Below, piece after piece: positions 1-9,133 of a DNA stretch of 64,000 nt. Source of the DNA: Candidatus Eiseniibacteriota bacterium (lineage in GTDB: Bacteria; Eisenbacteria; RBG-16-71-46). Below the pieces are notes generated by a model, which worked only from the letters and a program-made list of their open reading frames with translations, made no database searches and was not told the origin of the DNA. The stretch is taken from contig JBGAML010000006.1 in the NCBI GenBank assembly GCA_044223005.1, forward strand, positions 96,001 to 160,000, given 5' to 3'. The position numbers were made by a program, and so were the translations under genes. Every line of letters begins with the position of its first letter. Position 1 is the first letter of the stretch.

Positions 1-71
1 GGCCGGTAGAGCGACTCGAAGTCGTCGTTCTGTCCGGGCTTCACGCGGTACTCCCACAACACGAGCAGCAC
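1..71 (-). CDS. Partial (5' end) small protein, antibiotic biosynthesis monooxygenase (ABM)-like
   Basis: GTG at 71 preceded by GGAGGA; reads VLLVLWEYRVKPGQNDDFESLYR, resembling the ABM-family N-terminus; runs off the window. Confidence 0.55.
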   Translation of the reverse strand, partial: MLLVLWEYRVKPGQNDDFESLYR

Positions 72-85
72 GGGGTCTCCTCCGC

Positions 86-1060
86 TCAGAACTGCATGAC
101 GTGCTCGATCGCGACGAGCACGCGATTCGCGTCCGGCAGGTAGGTGTGTTCCAGCGAGTAGGGGAACGGGGTGTCGTAGCCGGTGACGCGCAGCACCGGC
201 GCCTGCAGGCTCGTGAGCGCCTGCTCGGCGACGATCGCGGCCAGTTCGGCGCCATAGCCGCACGTGCGCGGCGCTTCGTGCAGGATCACGACGCGCCCGG
301 TGCGCCGCACGCTCTCGAGCATCGTCGCGGTGTCGAGCGGGAGCAGCGTTCGCAGGTCCACGACCTCCACCGACGTGCCCTTCGCCGCGGCGGCCTCGGC
401 GGCTTCGACGGCGACGGGCACCATGGCGCCGTACGCGAGCACGGTCACGTGCTCGCCGGCGCGCGCGATGCGGGCCTTGCCGATCGGCACGCTCGTACGG
501 CCCTCGGGCACGTCTTCCTTGAGCGAGCGGTAGAGCCGCTTGGGCTCGAGGAAGATCACCGGGTCCTCGCTAGCGAGCGCCGAGAGCAGCAGGCCCTTCG
601 CGTCGGAGGGCGTCGACGGGATCACGACCTGCAGGCCCGTCGTGTGGCAGAAGTAGGCCTCGGGGCTCTGCGAGTGGTAGAGCCCGCCGCGGATGCCGCC
701 GCCGTAAGGCGCGCGCACGACCACGGGACAGGAGTACTGCCCGGCCGAGCGCCAGCGCAGCTTGGCGAGCTCGCTCACGATCTGGTCGAAGGCGGGGTAG
801 ACGAAGTCGACGAACTGGATCTCGGCGACGGGGCGCATGCCGTACAGCGCCATGCCGATCGCACCGCCGACGATGCCGTTCTCCGCGAGCGGCGTGTCGG
901 CCACGCGATCGGCGCCGAACTCGGCCTGCAGGCCCTCGGTGACGCGGAACACGCCGCCGTTGCGGCCGACGTCCTCGCCGAGCACGACCACGCGCGGATC
1001 CTCGCGCAACGCGACGCGCAGCGCGTCGGTGATCGCCTGCACCATCGTCATCTGCGGCAT
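86..1060 (-). CDS. 2-oxoacid dehydrogenase E1 beta subunit (PdhB/BkdA2 family)
   Basis: Motifs [54 protein letters not shown]. Confidence 0.95.
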   Translation of the reverse strand: MPQMTMVQAITDALRVALREDPRVVVLGEDVGRNGGVFRVTEGLQAEFGADRVADTPLAENGIVGGAIGMALYGMRPVAEIQFVDFVYPAFDQIVSELAKLRWRSAGQYSCPVVVRAPYGGGIRGGLYHSQSPEAYFCHTTGLQVVIPSTPSDAKGLLLSALASEDPVIFLEPKRLYRSLKEDVPEGRTSVPIGKARIARAGEHVTVLAYGAMVPVAVEAAEAAAAKGTSVEVVDLRTLLPLDTATMLESVRRTGRVVILHEAPRTCGYGAELAAIVAEQALTSLQAPVLRVTGYDTPFPYSLEHTYLPDANRVLVAIEHVMQF

Positions 1061-1231
1061 GCGGGGGCTCTCCGGAGGTCGGGACGTGGGACGGGGCAGG
1101 TTAGCCGAGCGGTGGAGCGCGCAGCAACCGCTTCCGCGTGCGCGAGATCGGGCCGTTTCCGGGGCGCCGCGCGGGCGCCGGCCGGCGCCGGCCGGGGCGC
1201 GGGATCCTGGACGGACGCCTCGGCCGGCGGC

Positions 1232-1274
1232 TGGACAATTAGCTTGAGCAAAGATACTTTTTAGCCGAAGCTAA
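1232..1274 (+). promoter_or_regulatory. sigma70-like promoter with two DtxR/MntR-type operator palindromes
   Basis: TGGACA-N17-TACTTT (1232-1260); TTAGC-N4-GCAAA (1239-1252) and perfect TTAGC-CGAA-GCTAA (1261-1274); AT-rich patch directly upstream of the DtxR-family gene. Confidence 0.7.
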
Positions 1275-1320
1275 TATCCACGCGATGCCCCCTGCACTTT
1301 CGACCCGGAGGACGCCCCGC

Positions 1321-1419
1321 ATGCGATCGATCGGAGCCCGGCCAGCGGCCGCCCGCCCGCAGCGCTGGCGCGCCGCGAACGCGTGCCGCGCCGCCGGTGA
1401 GCGCGGGGTGTGCTCGTGA
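1321..1419 (+). CDS. Putative 32-aa leader ORF coupled to the mntR start
   Basis: GGAGGA 8 nt before ATG 1321; TGA 1417-1419 overlaps the in-frame mntR GTG at 1416 (GTGA). Confidence 0.35.
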   Translation: MRSIGARPAAARPQRWRAANACRAAGERGVCS

Positions 1420-2105
1420 CGACGCGCACGCCGGTCCGGCTCTCGCGTTCGCGCGAGGACTACTTGAAGGCGCTCTTCGATCTCGCCTCGGAGGCGCCGG
1501 TGACGGTGACCGCGCTCGCGCGGCGGCTCGGCGTGTCGGCGCCCAGCGTGACGAACATGCTCGCGCGGCTTGCGGCGGAGAAGCTCGTGGCGCTGGAGCA
1601 CCGCGGTGCGGCGCGGCTCACGCCGGAGGGTGATCGCGAGGCGCTGCGCATGGTGCGCCGGCACCGGATCCTGGAGACGTTCCTCGTCCGCGTACTGGGA
1701 CTCGACTGGAGCGACGTGCACGAGGACGCCGAGGAGCTCGAGCACCACGTGAGCGATCGCGTGCTCGAGGCGATCGACCGCCACATGTCGCACCCGACCG
1801 AGGATCCGCACGGGCACCCGATCCCGGATGCGCGTGGCCGCCTGCCGCGGCGCGCGCTGATTCCGCTGCGCGCGCTGCCCGACGGCGCGCGGGCCCGCGT
1901 GCGCGAGATCCTCGATCGCGACGCGCGCCGCATGGCGCGCTGGAAGCGCGCGGGGCTCGTGCCGGGCGCGGACGTGCGCATGCGCCGCGCGGACCTCGAC
2001 GACGACGTGTTCGAACTCGAGGTGGGCGGCCGCCGGATGGTGGTGGGGCACGAGGCGCTCGAGGGCGTGTTCGTCGAGAAGGCCGGCCGCGAGGTGCGCG
2101 CATGA
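1410..2105 (+). CDS. mntR: DtxR/MntR-family metal-dependent repressor with C-terminal FeoA-like domain (start 1410 or 1416)
   Basis: SREDYLKALF, LARRLGVSAPSVTNM HTH, RRHRILETFL, VHEDAEELEHHVS, DPHGHPIP. Confidence 0.92.
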   Translation: MLVTTRTPVRLSRSREDYLKALFDLASEAPVTVTALARRLGVSAPSVTNMLARLAAEKLVALEHRGAARLTPEGDREALRMVRRHRILETFLVRVLGLDWSDVHEDAEELEHHVSDRVLEAIDRHMSHPTEDPHGHPIPDARGRLPRRALIPLRALPDGARARVREILDRDARRMARWKRAGLVPGADVRMRRADLDDDVFELEVGGRRMVVGHEALEGVFVEKAGREVRA

Positions 2106-4084
2106 GCGAACTGCCGGCGCGCTCGCTGCCCGAACTGCACGGCACTGTGGCGGTGCCGCGCTCGGGCTCGTGGCTGCGGCGGCTGTTCGCGTTCGCGGGA
2201 CCGGCGTACCTCGTCAGCGTCGGCTACATGGACCCGGGCAACTGGGCCACGGACCTCGCGGGCGGGTCCAAATTCGGCTACCAGCTGGTCTGGGTGCTGC
2301 TGATGAGCAACCTGATGGCCGTGCTGCTGCAGACGCTGGCCGCACGGCTCGGCGTGGTGACGGGGCAGGATCTCGCGCAGGCCTGCCGCGATGCATACCC
2401 GCGCTGGCTGGTCGTGCCGCAGTGGCTGCTCTGCGAGCTGGCGATCGTGGCGTGCGACCTCGCCGAGGTGCTCGGCGCGGCGATCGGCCTGCAGCTGCTG
2501 TTCGGGCTGCCGCTGGTCGCGGGCGTCGTCGTGACTGCGCTCGACGTGCTGCTGCTCCTGCTGCTCTCGCGCTACGGCATGCGCCGGCTCGAGGCGCTGA
2601 TCCTGGTGCTGGTCGCCACCATGGGCGGCTGCTTCGCGTTCGAGATGCTGCTGTCGCGGCCCGACGTCGCGGCGATCGTGGCGGGGTTCGTGCCGCGCGA
2701 CGCCCACGGCACGCCGACGCTGTTCGCGCCCGCACCGGGCGGCGGGTGGTCGGTGCTCGGCCTGCACGGCGAGTCGCTCTACATCGCGATCGGCATCCTC
2801 GGCGCCACGGTGATGCCGCACAACCTCTACCTGCACAGCGCGCTCGTGCAGAGCCGCGCGGTGGAGAACTCGATCGAGGGCAAGCGCGAGGCCTGCCGGC
2901 TCAACCTGGTCGATTCGGCGATCGCGCTCAACGCGGCGTTCTTCGTCAACGCGGCGATCCTCGTGCTCGCGGCGGCGGCGTTCCACCGCAACGGCCTGCA
3001 CGAGGTGAGCTCGCTCCGCGAGGCGCACCGGTTGCTCGCGCCGCTGCTCGGCACGTCGCTCGCCTCGACGCTGTTCGCGGTGGCGCTGCTGTCGTCGGGA
3101 CAGTCGAGCACGATCACGGGAACGCTCGCGGGCCAGATCGTGATGGAGGGCTTCCTGCGCGTACGCCTGCGGCCATGGCTGCGGCGCGCGATCAGCCGCG
3201 GGCTCGCGATCGTTCCCGCGGTGCTGGTGCTCGTGCTGCAGGGCGAGCACGCGGTGGATTCGCTGCTCGTGCTCTCGCAGGTCGTGCTGAGCCTGCAGCT
3301 GTCGTTCGCGGTCGTGCCGCTGGTCGCGTTCACGAGCGATCGCCGCCGCATGGGCCCGTTCGCGAACCCGCGCCCGGTCGCCGTTCTCGCGTGGCTCGTC
3401 GCCGCGCTGATCGCGTTCCTGAACGGCAAGCTCGTATTCGACGCCGTGGCGGGGGCGATCTCCGGCGGCGCCGCATGGGCGGGCTGGATCGCGCTGCCGA
3501 TCGCGCTCGCGCTGGCCGTGATGCTCGCGTACCTCGCCCTGTCGCCGTGGCTGAAGTCGCACTGGCCGGGCCTCGCCCCGGCACCGGCGCTGCACGCGGC
3601 CGGGTCACGGCCGCAGCCGGCGGCTGCGGCGGCGCCGGCGATGCCGGCCTTCAACGCGGGCGCCTACCGCCGCATCGCGGTCGCGCTCGAACTCGGCGGC
3701 TCCGACGCGAGTGTGATCGAGTTCCTCCGTACGCTCGCGTTCGTGCCGGGATCGGAACTGGTGCTGGTCCACGTGGTCGAGAGCGCTGCGAGCCGCTACC
3801 TCGGCGAGCAGAGCGGCGACGCCGAGTCGCGCGAGGACCAGGCCGCGCTCGACGCGATCGCAGGGGAGTTCCGCGCGCGCGGCATCGAGGCGCGGGCGCT
3901 GCTCGGCCACGGCGACGCCAAGCACGAGATCGCGCGCCTCGTGCGCGCGGAGTCGGCGGACCTGCTCATCACGGGCTCGCACGGCCACACCGGCCTGCGC
4001 GACGTGATGTACGGCGCGACCGTCTCGGCCGTACGGCACCTCGTGAGCTGTCCCGTGCTCACGGTGCCGCCGCCGCGAAACTGA
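2102..4084 (+). CDS. mntH: Nramp Mn2+/Fe2+ transporter fused to a C-terminal universal stress protein (USP) domain
   Basis: GYMDPGNW, ATVMPHNLYLHS, QSSTITGTLAGQ; C-terminus IAVALE...LVHVVE...GSHGHTG...GATVSAV...CPVLTV. Confidence 0.95.
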   Translation: MSELPARSLPELHGTVAVPRSGSWLRRLFAFAGPAYLVSVGYMDPGNWATDLAGGSKFGYQLVWVLLMSNLMAVLLQTLAARLGVVTGQDLAQACRDAYPRWLVVPQWLLCELAIVACDLAEVLGAAIGLQLLFGLPLVAGVVVTALDVLLLLLLSRYGMRRLEALILVLVATMGGCFAFEMLLSRPDVAAIVAGFVPRDAHGTPTLFAPAPGGGWSVLGLHGESLYIAIGILGATVMPHNLYLHSALVQSRAVENSIEGKREACRLNLVDSAIALNAAFFVNAAILVLAAAAFHRNGLHEVSSLREAHRLLAPLLGTSLASTLFAVALLSSGQSSTITGTLAGQIVMEGFLRVRLRPWLRRAISRGLAIVPAVLVLVLQGEHAVDSLLVLSQVVLSLQLSFAVVPLVAFTSDRRRMGPFANPRPVAVLAWLVAALIAFLNGKLVFDAVAGAISGGAAWAGWIALPIALALAVMLAYLALSPWLKSHWPGLAPAPALHAAGSRPQPAAAAAPAMPAFNAGAYRRIAVALELGGSDASVIEFLRTLAFVPGSELVLVHVVESAASRYLGEQSGDAESREDQAALDAIAGEFRARGIEARALLGHGDAKHEIARLVRAESADLLITGSHGHTGLRDVMYGATVSAVRHLVSCPVLTVPPPRN

Positions 4085-4201
4085 CGCGGCGTTCTCCGCC
4101 GGGCGGTGGCGCGCGCGCTCGTCGGCGAGCGGCGTGGGTAGGTTGTGGGCGCCGCGCGCGGAACCGCCGCGCGCCGTCCGGAACCCACCCAGGAGCCCGC
4201 C

Positions 4202-5464
4202 GTGCCGTCCGCTTCCCTCGTCGCCCCAGCCGGTGCCGTGCCGTTCGTGCTGCTGCCCGCGATTTCGCCGATCCACGATCCCGCGGCCATGCGTTCGCTC
4301 GTCGAGTCGTATGCCGCGCCGCTGCGCGCCATGGGCGCCATCCCGCATGCCGAGGGCGTGACGCGGAACGTGGGTCCGATCGTGGTGCTGGTCGTGACGG
4401 GAGGGACCGAGCGTCTCGTGCTGCGCGCGCTCGACCTGGTCTCGCGCGAGCCGGTGCTGCTGGTGGCGCACCCCGGGCACAACTCGCTGCCGGCGTCGCT
4501 CGAGATCCTCGCGCGCGTGCAGCAACTGGGCGGCCGCGGCGAAGTGCACTACCTGGGCGGCCCGGACGACACCGCCGCGCTCGCGCGCCTCGCCGAGGCG
4601 ATCCGCGGGCTCGCGGTGCGCCGCGCGCTGCGCGGGGCGCGCGTCGGGCTGGTGGGCGACCCGAGCGACTGGCTGGTCGCGAGCAGCCCCGATTCGGCGA
4701 CGGTGCGCGAGGTCTGGGGGCCGACCGTGGTGCCGCTCGCACTCGACGGACTGCTCGCCGAGCCCGCGCCGGAGCTCGTGAAGCTCGGCGAAGCGGCTGC
4801 GCGCGAGTTCCGCACCGGTGCCACGGAAACGCGCGAACCCGCCGACGCCGACCTCGCGGCCGCGGGCGGCGTGCTCGCGACGCTGCGGCGCATGGTGCAG
4901 GACGAGCGGCTCGACGCGGTGACGGTGCGCTGCTTCGATCTCGTGGTGCAGCGGCATCGCACCGGTTGCCTCGCACTCGCGCAGCTCAACGACGACGGCG
5001 TGATCGCCGGCTGCGAGGGCGACCTCGTGACCACGGTGGCCATGCTGTGGCTGAACCGCATGACCGGGGCGCTGCCGTGGATGGCGAACCCGTCGCGTGT
5101 GGACCGCGGCCGCGGGACGCTGCTGCTCGCGCACTGCACGATCGCGCGCGGGCTCGTGAGCGGCTACCAGTTGCGCTCGCACTTCGAGTCGGGCCTGGGC
5201 GCCGCGGTGCAGGGCACGCTGCCCGCCGGCCCGGTGACGCTGGTTCGCCTCGGCGGCGCGCGCATGGAACGCCTGCGGGCGCTCGACGCGACGCTCGTCG
5301 GTAACACCGACCACGCCGATCTCTGCCGCACGCAGGTCGAGATCGAGATCGGCCGCGACGCGATCGACGAGATCCTGTCGGACCCGCTCGGCAACCACAT
5401 GGTGCTCGTGCCCGGCCACCACGCGCCGGCGCTGCGGCGCTGGCACGCGGCGCACGTGCAGTAG
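4202..5464 (+). CDS. L-fucose/L-arabinose isomerase-like protein
   Basis: AGGAG RBS before GTG 4202; motifs NSLPASLEI, VRCFD, CEGD, LAHCT, CRTQV, LGNH. Confidence 0.7.
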   Translation: MPSASLVAPAGAVPFVLLPAISPIHDPAAMRSLVESYAAPLRAMGAIPHAEGVTRNVGPIVVLVVTGGTERLVLRALDLVSREPVLLVAHPGHNSLPASLEILARVQQLGGRGEVHYLGGPDDTAALARLAEAIRGLAVRRALRGARVGLVGDPSDWLVASSPDSATVREVWGPTVVPLALDGLLAEPAPELVKLGEAAAREFRTGATETREPADADLAAAGGVLATLRRMVQDERLDAVTVRCFDLVVQRHRTGCLALAQLNDDGVIAGCEGDLVTTVAMLWLNRMTGALPWMANPSRVDRGRGTLLLAHCTIARGLVSGYQLRSHFESGLGAAVQGTLPAGPVTLVRLGGARMERLRALDATLVGNTDHADLCRTQVEIEIGRDAIDEILSDPLGNHMVLVPGHHAPALRRWHAAHVQ

Positions 5465-5568
5465 GCGGCGGCCGGCTCGAGTTTCCGAGGGGCGCCGCAC
5501 CGCGAACATGCCGCAAGGCATGTTTCGTTCGCTCGCATCGAACGCGCGAACACACGCGGATGACGAAG

Positions 5569-5608
5569 CCCGGACCTGTACCCGCCCCGGGGCGGGTACA
5601 GGTCCGGG
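5569..5608. terminator. Perfect 40-bp palindrome between convergent genes (likely bidirectional terminator or REP-like element)
   Basis: CCCGGACCTGTACCCGCCCC|GGGGCGGGTACAGGTCCGGG, no spacer. Confidence 0.65.
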
Positions 5609-5650
5609 GAATGTCCCGGTGCGCGAGGCGGGAGGGGCGACCGCTGCTCG

Positions 5651-6892
5651 CTACCCGTCCCGATCGGCGAGCCCTGGTGCGGGCGCGATCACGCCGGCCA
5701 TGAGCAGGCCCGCGACCAGCGCGGCGACCATGATCATCATGCGGAACGCGGCTTCGACGCCGCTCAGCACGTCGCGGTTCATGAGCAGTGTGAGGCTGCG
5801 GAAGCCGACGCTTCCGGGCACGAGCAGCAGGATCGAGGGCACGAGCGTCGTCGCGGGCGAACCGCCGCGGCGGCGGGCGAGCAGGTTGCTCGCCGACGCG
5901 GCGACGAGCGCGCCGGTGAACGCGCCGAGCTCGGGGCCGAAGCCCGTGCTCGCGGCGCGGCCGGCGAGGAATCCGGCGGCGCCGGTGAGCAGGATCCACG
6001 GGTAGTCGCGCGGCCGCGCGCGCAGCAGCACCGTGAACGCGAGCGGCGCCGTGACGAGCGCGATCCACTCCGTCCACGCGGGCAGCGGCGGGGGCGTGAC
6101 GTGCGCGGCGGGGCCCACGAGCAGCGCGGCGACGCGGCCGCCCATGGCGACGCCGAATGCGAGGCCGAGGAACTTGGCGCCCGCGCCGGTGAGGCGTGCG
6201 GTGCCGGAGACGAGGTGCTGGCTCGAGAGTTCCGACATGGCGGCGGTGAGCGCGAGTCCCGGCAGCAGCACGAGGATCGCGCCGAGCGTCGCGACGTAGA
6301 CCGAGAGCGGCTGGAAGTGCGCGACGGCCGAGGCGCAGGCCGAGACCAGGAACGCCGCGCCGGGCTCGAACGTGCGCGCGAGCGCCGGGCGCTTCGCCGC
6401 GAGCTGCGCGAGCAGCGCCAGCAGCAGGCCGAGCGTGGCCGCGCACGCGATCTCGCGCACGCCGCCGCCGAGGAACCGCCCCGCGGCCGCGCCCGAAAGC
6501 GCGAACGCGATCGCCGTGAGCCCCGCGCCCCAGCGCGGCGGTGCGGCAAGCAGCGCGCGCAGGAGCACGATGCCCTCGGCGGGCGTGTGGCGGCCGGCGA
6601 GCACGTCGCGGCCGAGGTCGATCGTGCGCGAAAGCCGCTCGAGGTTCACGTCGCCCGGCTCCACGCGCAGCAGGTGCGTGCGCTGCTCGCGCGCCGGGCC
6701 GAACGCCGCGAAGATCGACGTCGGCGTCGTGAAGAACTGGCCCTTCAGGCCCAGCTGGTCCGAGGCGCGCTGCATGCCCTCTTCGAGCCAGTGCGACGGA
6801 TGGCCGAGCGCGTGCAGCGCGCGGCCCAGTTCGAGCACGAACTCGATCGCGTCGGACTCGTCGGCGGAGACCGCGTCACGGCGATCGCTCAT
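5651..6892 (-). CDS. Threonine/serine exporter ThrE family membrane protein
   Basis: FVLELGRALH, FFTTPTSIF, GDVNLERL, LLPGLALTAAMSEL, LLLVPGSVGFRS; ATGA overlap with the upstream gene. Confidence 0.88.
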   Translation of the reverse strand: MSDRRDAVSADESDAIEFVLELGRALHALGHPSHWLEEGMQRASDQLGLKGQFFTTPTSIFAAFGPAREQRTHLLRVEPGDVNLERLSRTIDLGRDVLAGRHTPAEGIVLLRALLAAPPRWGAGLTAIAFALSGAAAGRFLGGGVREIACAATLGLLLALLAQLAAKRPALARTFEPGAAFLVSACASAVAHFQPLSVYVATLGAILVLLPGLALTAAMSELSSQHLVSGTARLTGAGAKFLGLAFGVAMGGRVAALLVGPAAHVTPPPLPAWTEWIALVTAPLAFTVLLRARPRDYPWILLTGAAGFLAGRAASTGFGPELGAFTGALVAASASNLLARRRGGSPATTLVPSILLLVPGSVGFRSLTLLMNRDVLSGVEAAFRMMIMVAALVAGLLMAGVIAPAPGLADRDG

Positions 6893-7668
6893 GCGGCCTC
6901 CGCGCCGCGCACGCCGAGCGCCTCGATCGCCGCGGGCAGGTTCGCGACGCCCGCGAGCGTCACCGCGCACGCGCCCTCGGGCTCGCCCGGCTCCAGCGTC
7001 CACTCGACGCCGGCGAAGCGCGCCGCGCTGCGGCCGTCGGGGCGCGCCGTGAGCGTGGCCTCGAACAGGTCGGCGAGCCGCATCGCCGCGAGCGGGGGCG
7101 AACCGGCGCGCAGCGACACGCCCGCGATGCCGGTCGCGCCGTTGGCGTGCCGCGTCGCGTCGCCGCCGGGAACACGGGCGTCGCGAGGCGAGCGGTCCTC
7201 GATCAGGAACGGGAGCGTGTCCTCGGCCGGCAGCAGCAGTTCCCACGCGAGTGCGTCCGCGCCCGGGCGCTCGCGGCGCATGGCGACCGGTCCCGTGAGC
7301 ACGCACTCGCGCCGCCGCGACTCGGTGGCGAAGCGCGCGAGCCTCTCGCCGCCGATGCACGCGTCGCCGACGCCCGCGGGGCCCGCGAGCCGCGGCAGGA
7401 AGCGGCGCGCGATCGCCGAGACGCCGCGCAGGTGCGCGTCCCAGCGCTCGCTGCCGCGCAGCGCGCGCAGTTCGTCGCGCGTGGCCGGGTCGCGGAACGC
7501 CAGCAGTTCGAGGTAGCTGCCGTCGGCGAACGCGACGAGCGCGTTCTCCGTGGGCAGCGCATCGTGCCGTCCGCCCGGCGTGACGGTGAAGCCCGCCGCG
7601 CGAAAACTCACGATGGCGGGCGAGAGGGCGTCGACGACGACGACCGCATGGTCGAAGCGGGTGCGCAT
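6889..7668 (-). CDS. VOC/glyoxalase-like domain protein (Glyoxalase_3 type)
   Basis: FDHAVVVV, GFTVTPGGRH, TENALVAFADGSYLELL, LPFLIED, HANGATGI. Confidence 0.85.
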   Translation of the reverse strand: MRTRFDHAVVVVDALSPAIVSFRAAGFTVTPGGRHDALPTENALVAFADGSYLELLAFRDPATRDELRALRGSERWDAHLRGVSAIARRFLPRLAGPAGVGDACIGGERLARFATESRRRECVLTGPVAMRRERPGADALAWELLLPAEDTLPFLIEDRSPRDARVPGGDATRHANGATGIAGVSLRAGSPPLAAMRLADLFEATLTARPDGRSAARFAGVEWTLEPGEPEGACAVTLAGVANLPAAIEALGVRGAEAA

Positions 7669-7807
7669 GGCGCGTCACTCTAGAGGACTTCGGCCGGAGC
7701 GGCATCCGGGCGCGGCTGGCGATCCCGGAAGGGCGCGGGCTAAGATGCCGGCACGTCGCGCGGGCCACCCCCGAACCGGTTCGCGGGCGAGGACGCCGGA
7801 GGCGAGC

Positions 7808-8290
7808 GTGAGCGAGCGACTCTATTTTGGCAGGCTGCAGACGTCCGTTTCGGAAGTCGTGGACGCGGGCGATCTCTTACCCGATTACGAACTCGCCGCG
7901 ATCGCCGTGCTCGAAGGCCAGGAGCGCCCGGGCGAAGAGCCCGCGATCCGCCGCCGCGTGCGCGCCGAAGGCATCCGCCCGACCGAGCATCGCGGCGCGC
8001 TGCTGCTCGATCCGGGCGAGATGGAGCGCTTCTCGTCGGTGGGCCTGCTCGGCGGCGGCGACGAGGTCTACTTCGCGAGCGAATGGAACGACGAGTTCGA
8101 GGCGTTCCCGGGACGCATCGCGGCGGAGGCCATCGACTTCCGGGAGGGCACCCCGCTCGGGCTCGAGGAGTGGATGATCGACACGGGCTGCGTGCTCGTG
8201 CTCGGCGACGGCGCCGCGCTCAACTACGCGACGACCAGCGCCGACGTCCACGAACGCCTCGTGGCGCGCTTCAAGCCCGCGCGGAAATGA
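7808..8290 (+). CDS. Hypothetical protein (160 aa, acidic)
   Basis: GGAGG RBS before GTG 7808, GC3-rich codon usage, ATGA overlap with the next gene. Confidence 0.7.
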   Translation: MSERLYFGRLQTSVSEVVDAGDLLPDYELAAIAVLEGQERPGEEPAIRRRVRAEGIRPTEHRGALLLDPGEMERFSSVGLLGGGDEVYFASEWNDEFEAFPGRIAAEAIDFREGTPLGLEEWMIDTGCVLVLGDGAALNYATTSADVHERLVARFKPARK

Positions 8291-8934
8291 GCGAGTCCGC
8301 GGCGCCCTCGCCGGCGCGCCTGCTGCCGCTCGTGCTGCACGGTGCCGCGGGCCCGATCGAAGCGCTGCTGCAGGAGCGCGTGGAGCACGACCACGAACTC
8401 GTCGCCGTCGTGCTGCATCCGCACCCGCTCTTCGGCGGCACGATGCACAACAAGGTCGTGCACCGCGTGGCCTCGACGCTGCACGGCCTCGGCGCCGCCG
8501 TCCTGCGGTTCAACTTCCGCGGCGTGGGCGCGAGCGCGGGGACGCACGACCGCGGCGAGGGCGAGCTCGACGACGCGCGCGTGGCGCTCGAGGAGATGCG
8601 CCACCGCTACCCGGCCGCGCGCCGCTGGGTCGCGGGCTTCTCGTTCGGCTCGTGGGTCGCGTCGCGGCTCGCGGCCTCGTCGCCCGACGTCGAGCGGCTG
8701 ATCCTGGTCGCGCCGCCGGTGCACACGCAGACGTTCGAGGAGATGCGCACCGCGCCGGTGCCCAAGCTCGTCGTGCAGGGGCTGGCCGACGAGATCTGCC
8801 GCCCGGAGAACCTGCTCCGCACCTGGCCCACCTGGGCGGAGCCCAAGCGCCTGATGCGCGTCCCGGACGCCTCGCACTTCTTCGACCGCCAGCTCGCGGC
8901 GTTGGGCGAAGCGATTCTCGCCGGCATCCGCTGA
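8287..8934 (+). CDS. Alpha/beta hydrolase family protein
   Basis: HPHPLFGGTMHNKVV, RFNFRGVGAS, GFSFG nucleophile elbow, ASHFF. Confidence 0.9.
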   Translation: MSESAAPSPARLLPLVLHGAAGPIEALLQERVEHDHELVAVVLHPHPLFGGTMHNKVVHRVASTLHGLGAAVLRFNFRGVGASAGTHDRGEGELDDARVALEEMRHRYPAARRWVAGFSFGSWVASRLAASSPDVERLILVAPPVHTQTFEEMRTAPVPKLVVQGLADEICRPENLLRTWPTWAEPKRLMRVPDASHFFDRQLAALGEAILAGIR

Positions 8935-9022
8935 CGTCCCCGGCGGCCTGACCATTCCCGGACGCGCGCGTGGCGCGTTCGTGCCCGCGCTCGTCGCGTT
9001 CGTCGGCGGTTCCGCTGGCGGG

Positions 9023-9052
9023 GGGAACGGGCGCCGTCTATCGTCCGTCCGT
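9023..9052 (+). promoter_or_regulatory. Candidate ECF-sigma promoter upstream of the macA-like gene
   Basis: GGGAAC-N13-CGTCCGTCCGT, matching the motif found twice at 59571-59676. Confidence 0.5.
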
Positions 9053-9133
9053 TCCGTGCGCGGAGGGTGCTCCGCGCCGTTCCCCCCATCCGATCGACCG
9101 CGGGCGCAGGCCGTCCGCTGACCGGGAGTCCAC

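Noticed and set aside
1208..1236. CGTCCGTCCA on the minus strand upstream of E1-beta as a fourth ECF promoter
   Set aside because: No AAC-type -35 at the required spacing (GTCCAG is found instead)
1275..1410. yybP-ykoY manganese riboswitch upstream of mntR/mntH
   Set aside because: Conserved riboswitch elements not recognised; operators and the leader ORF explain the region. An Rfam scan would be decisive
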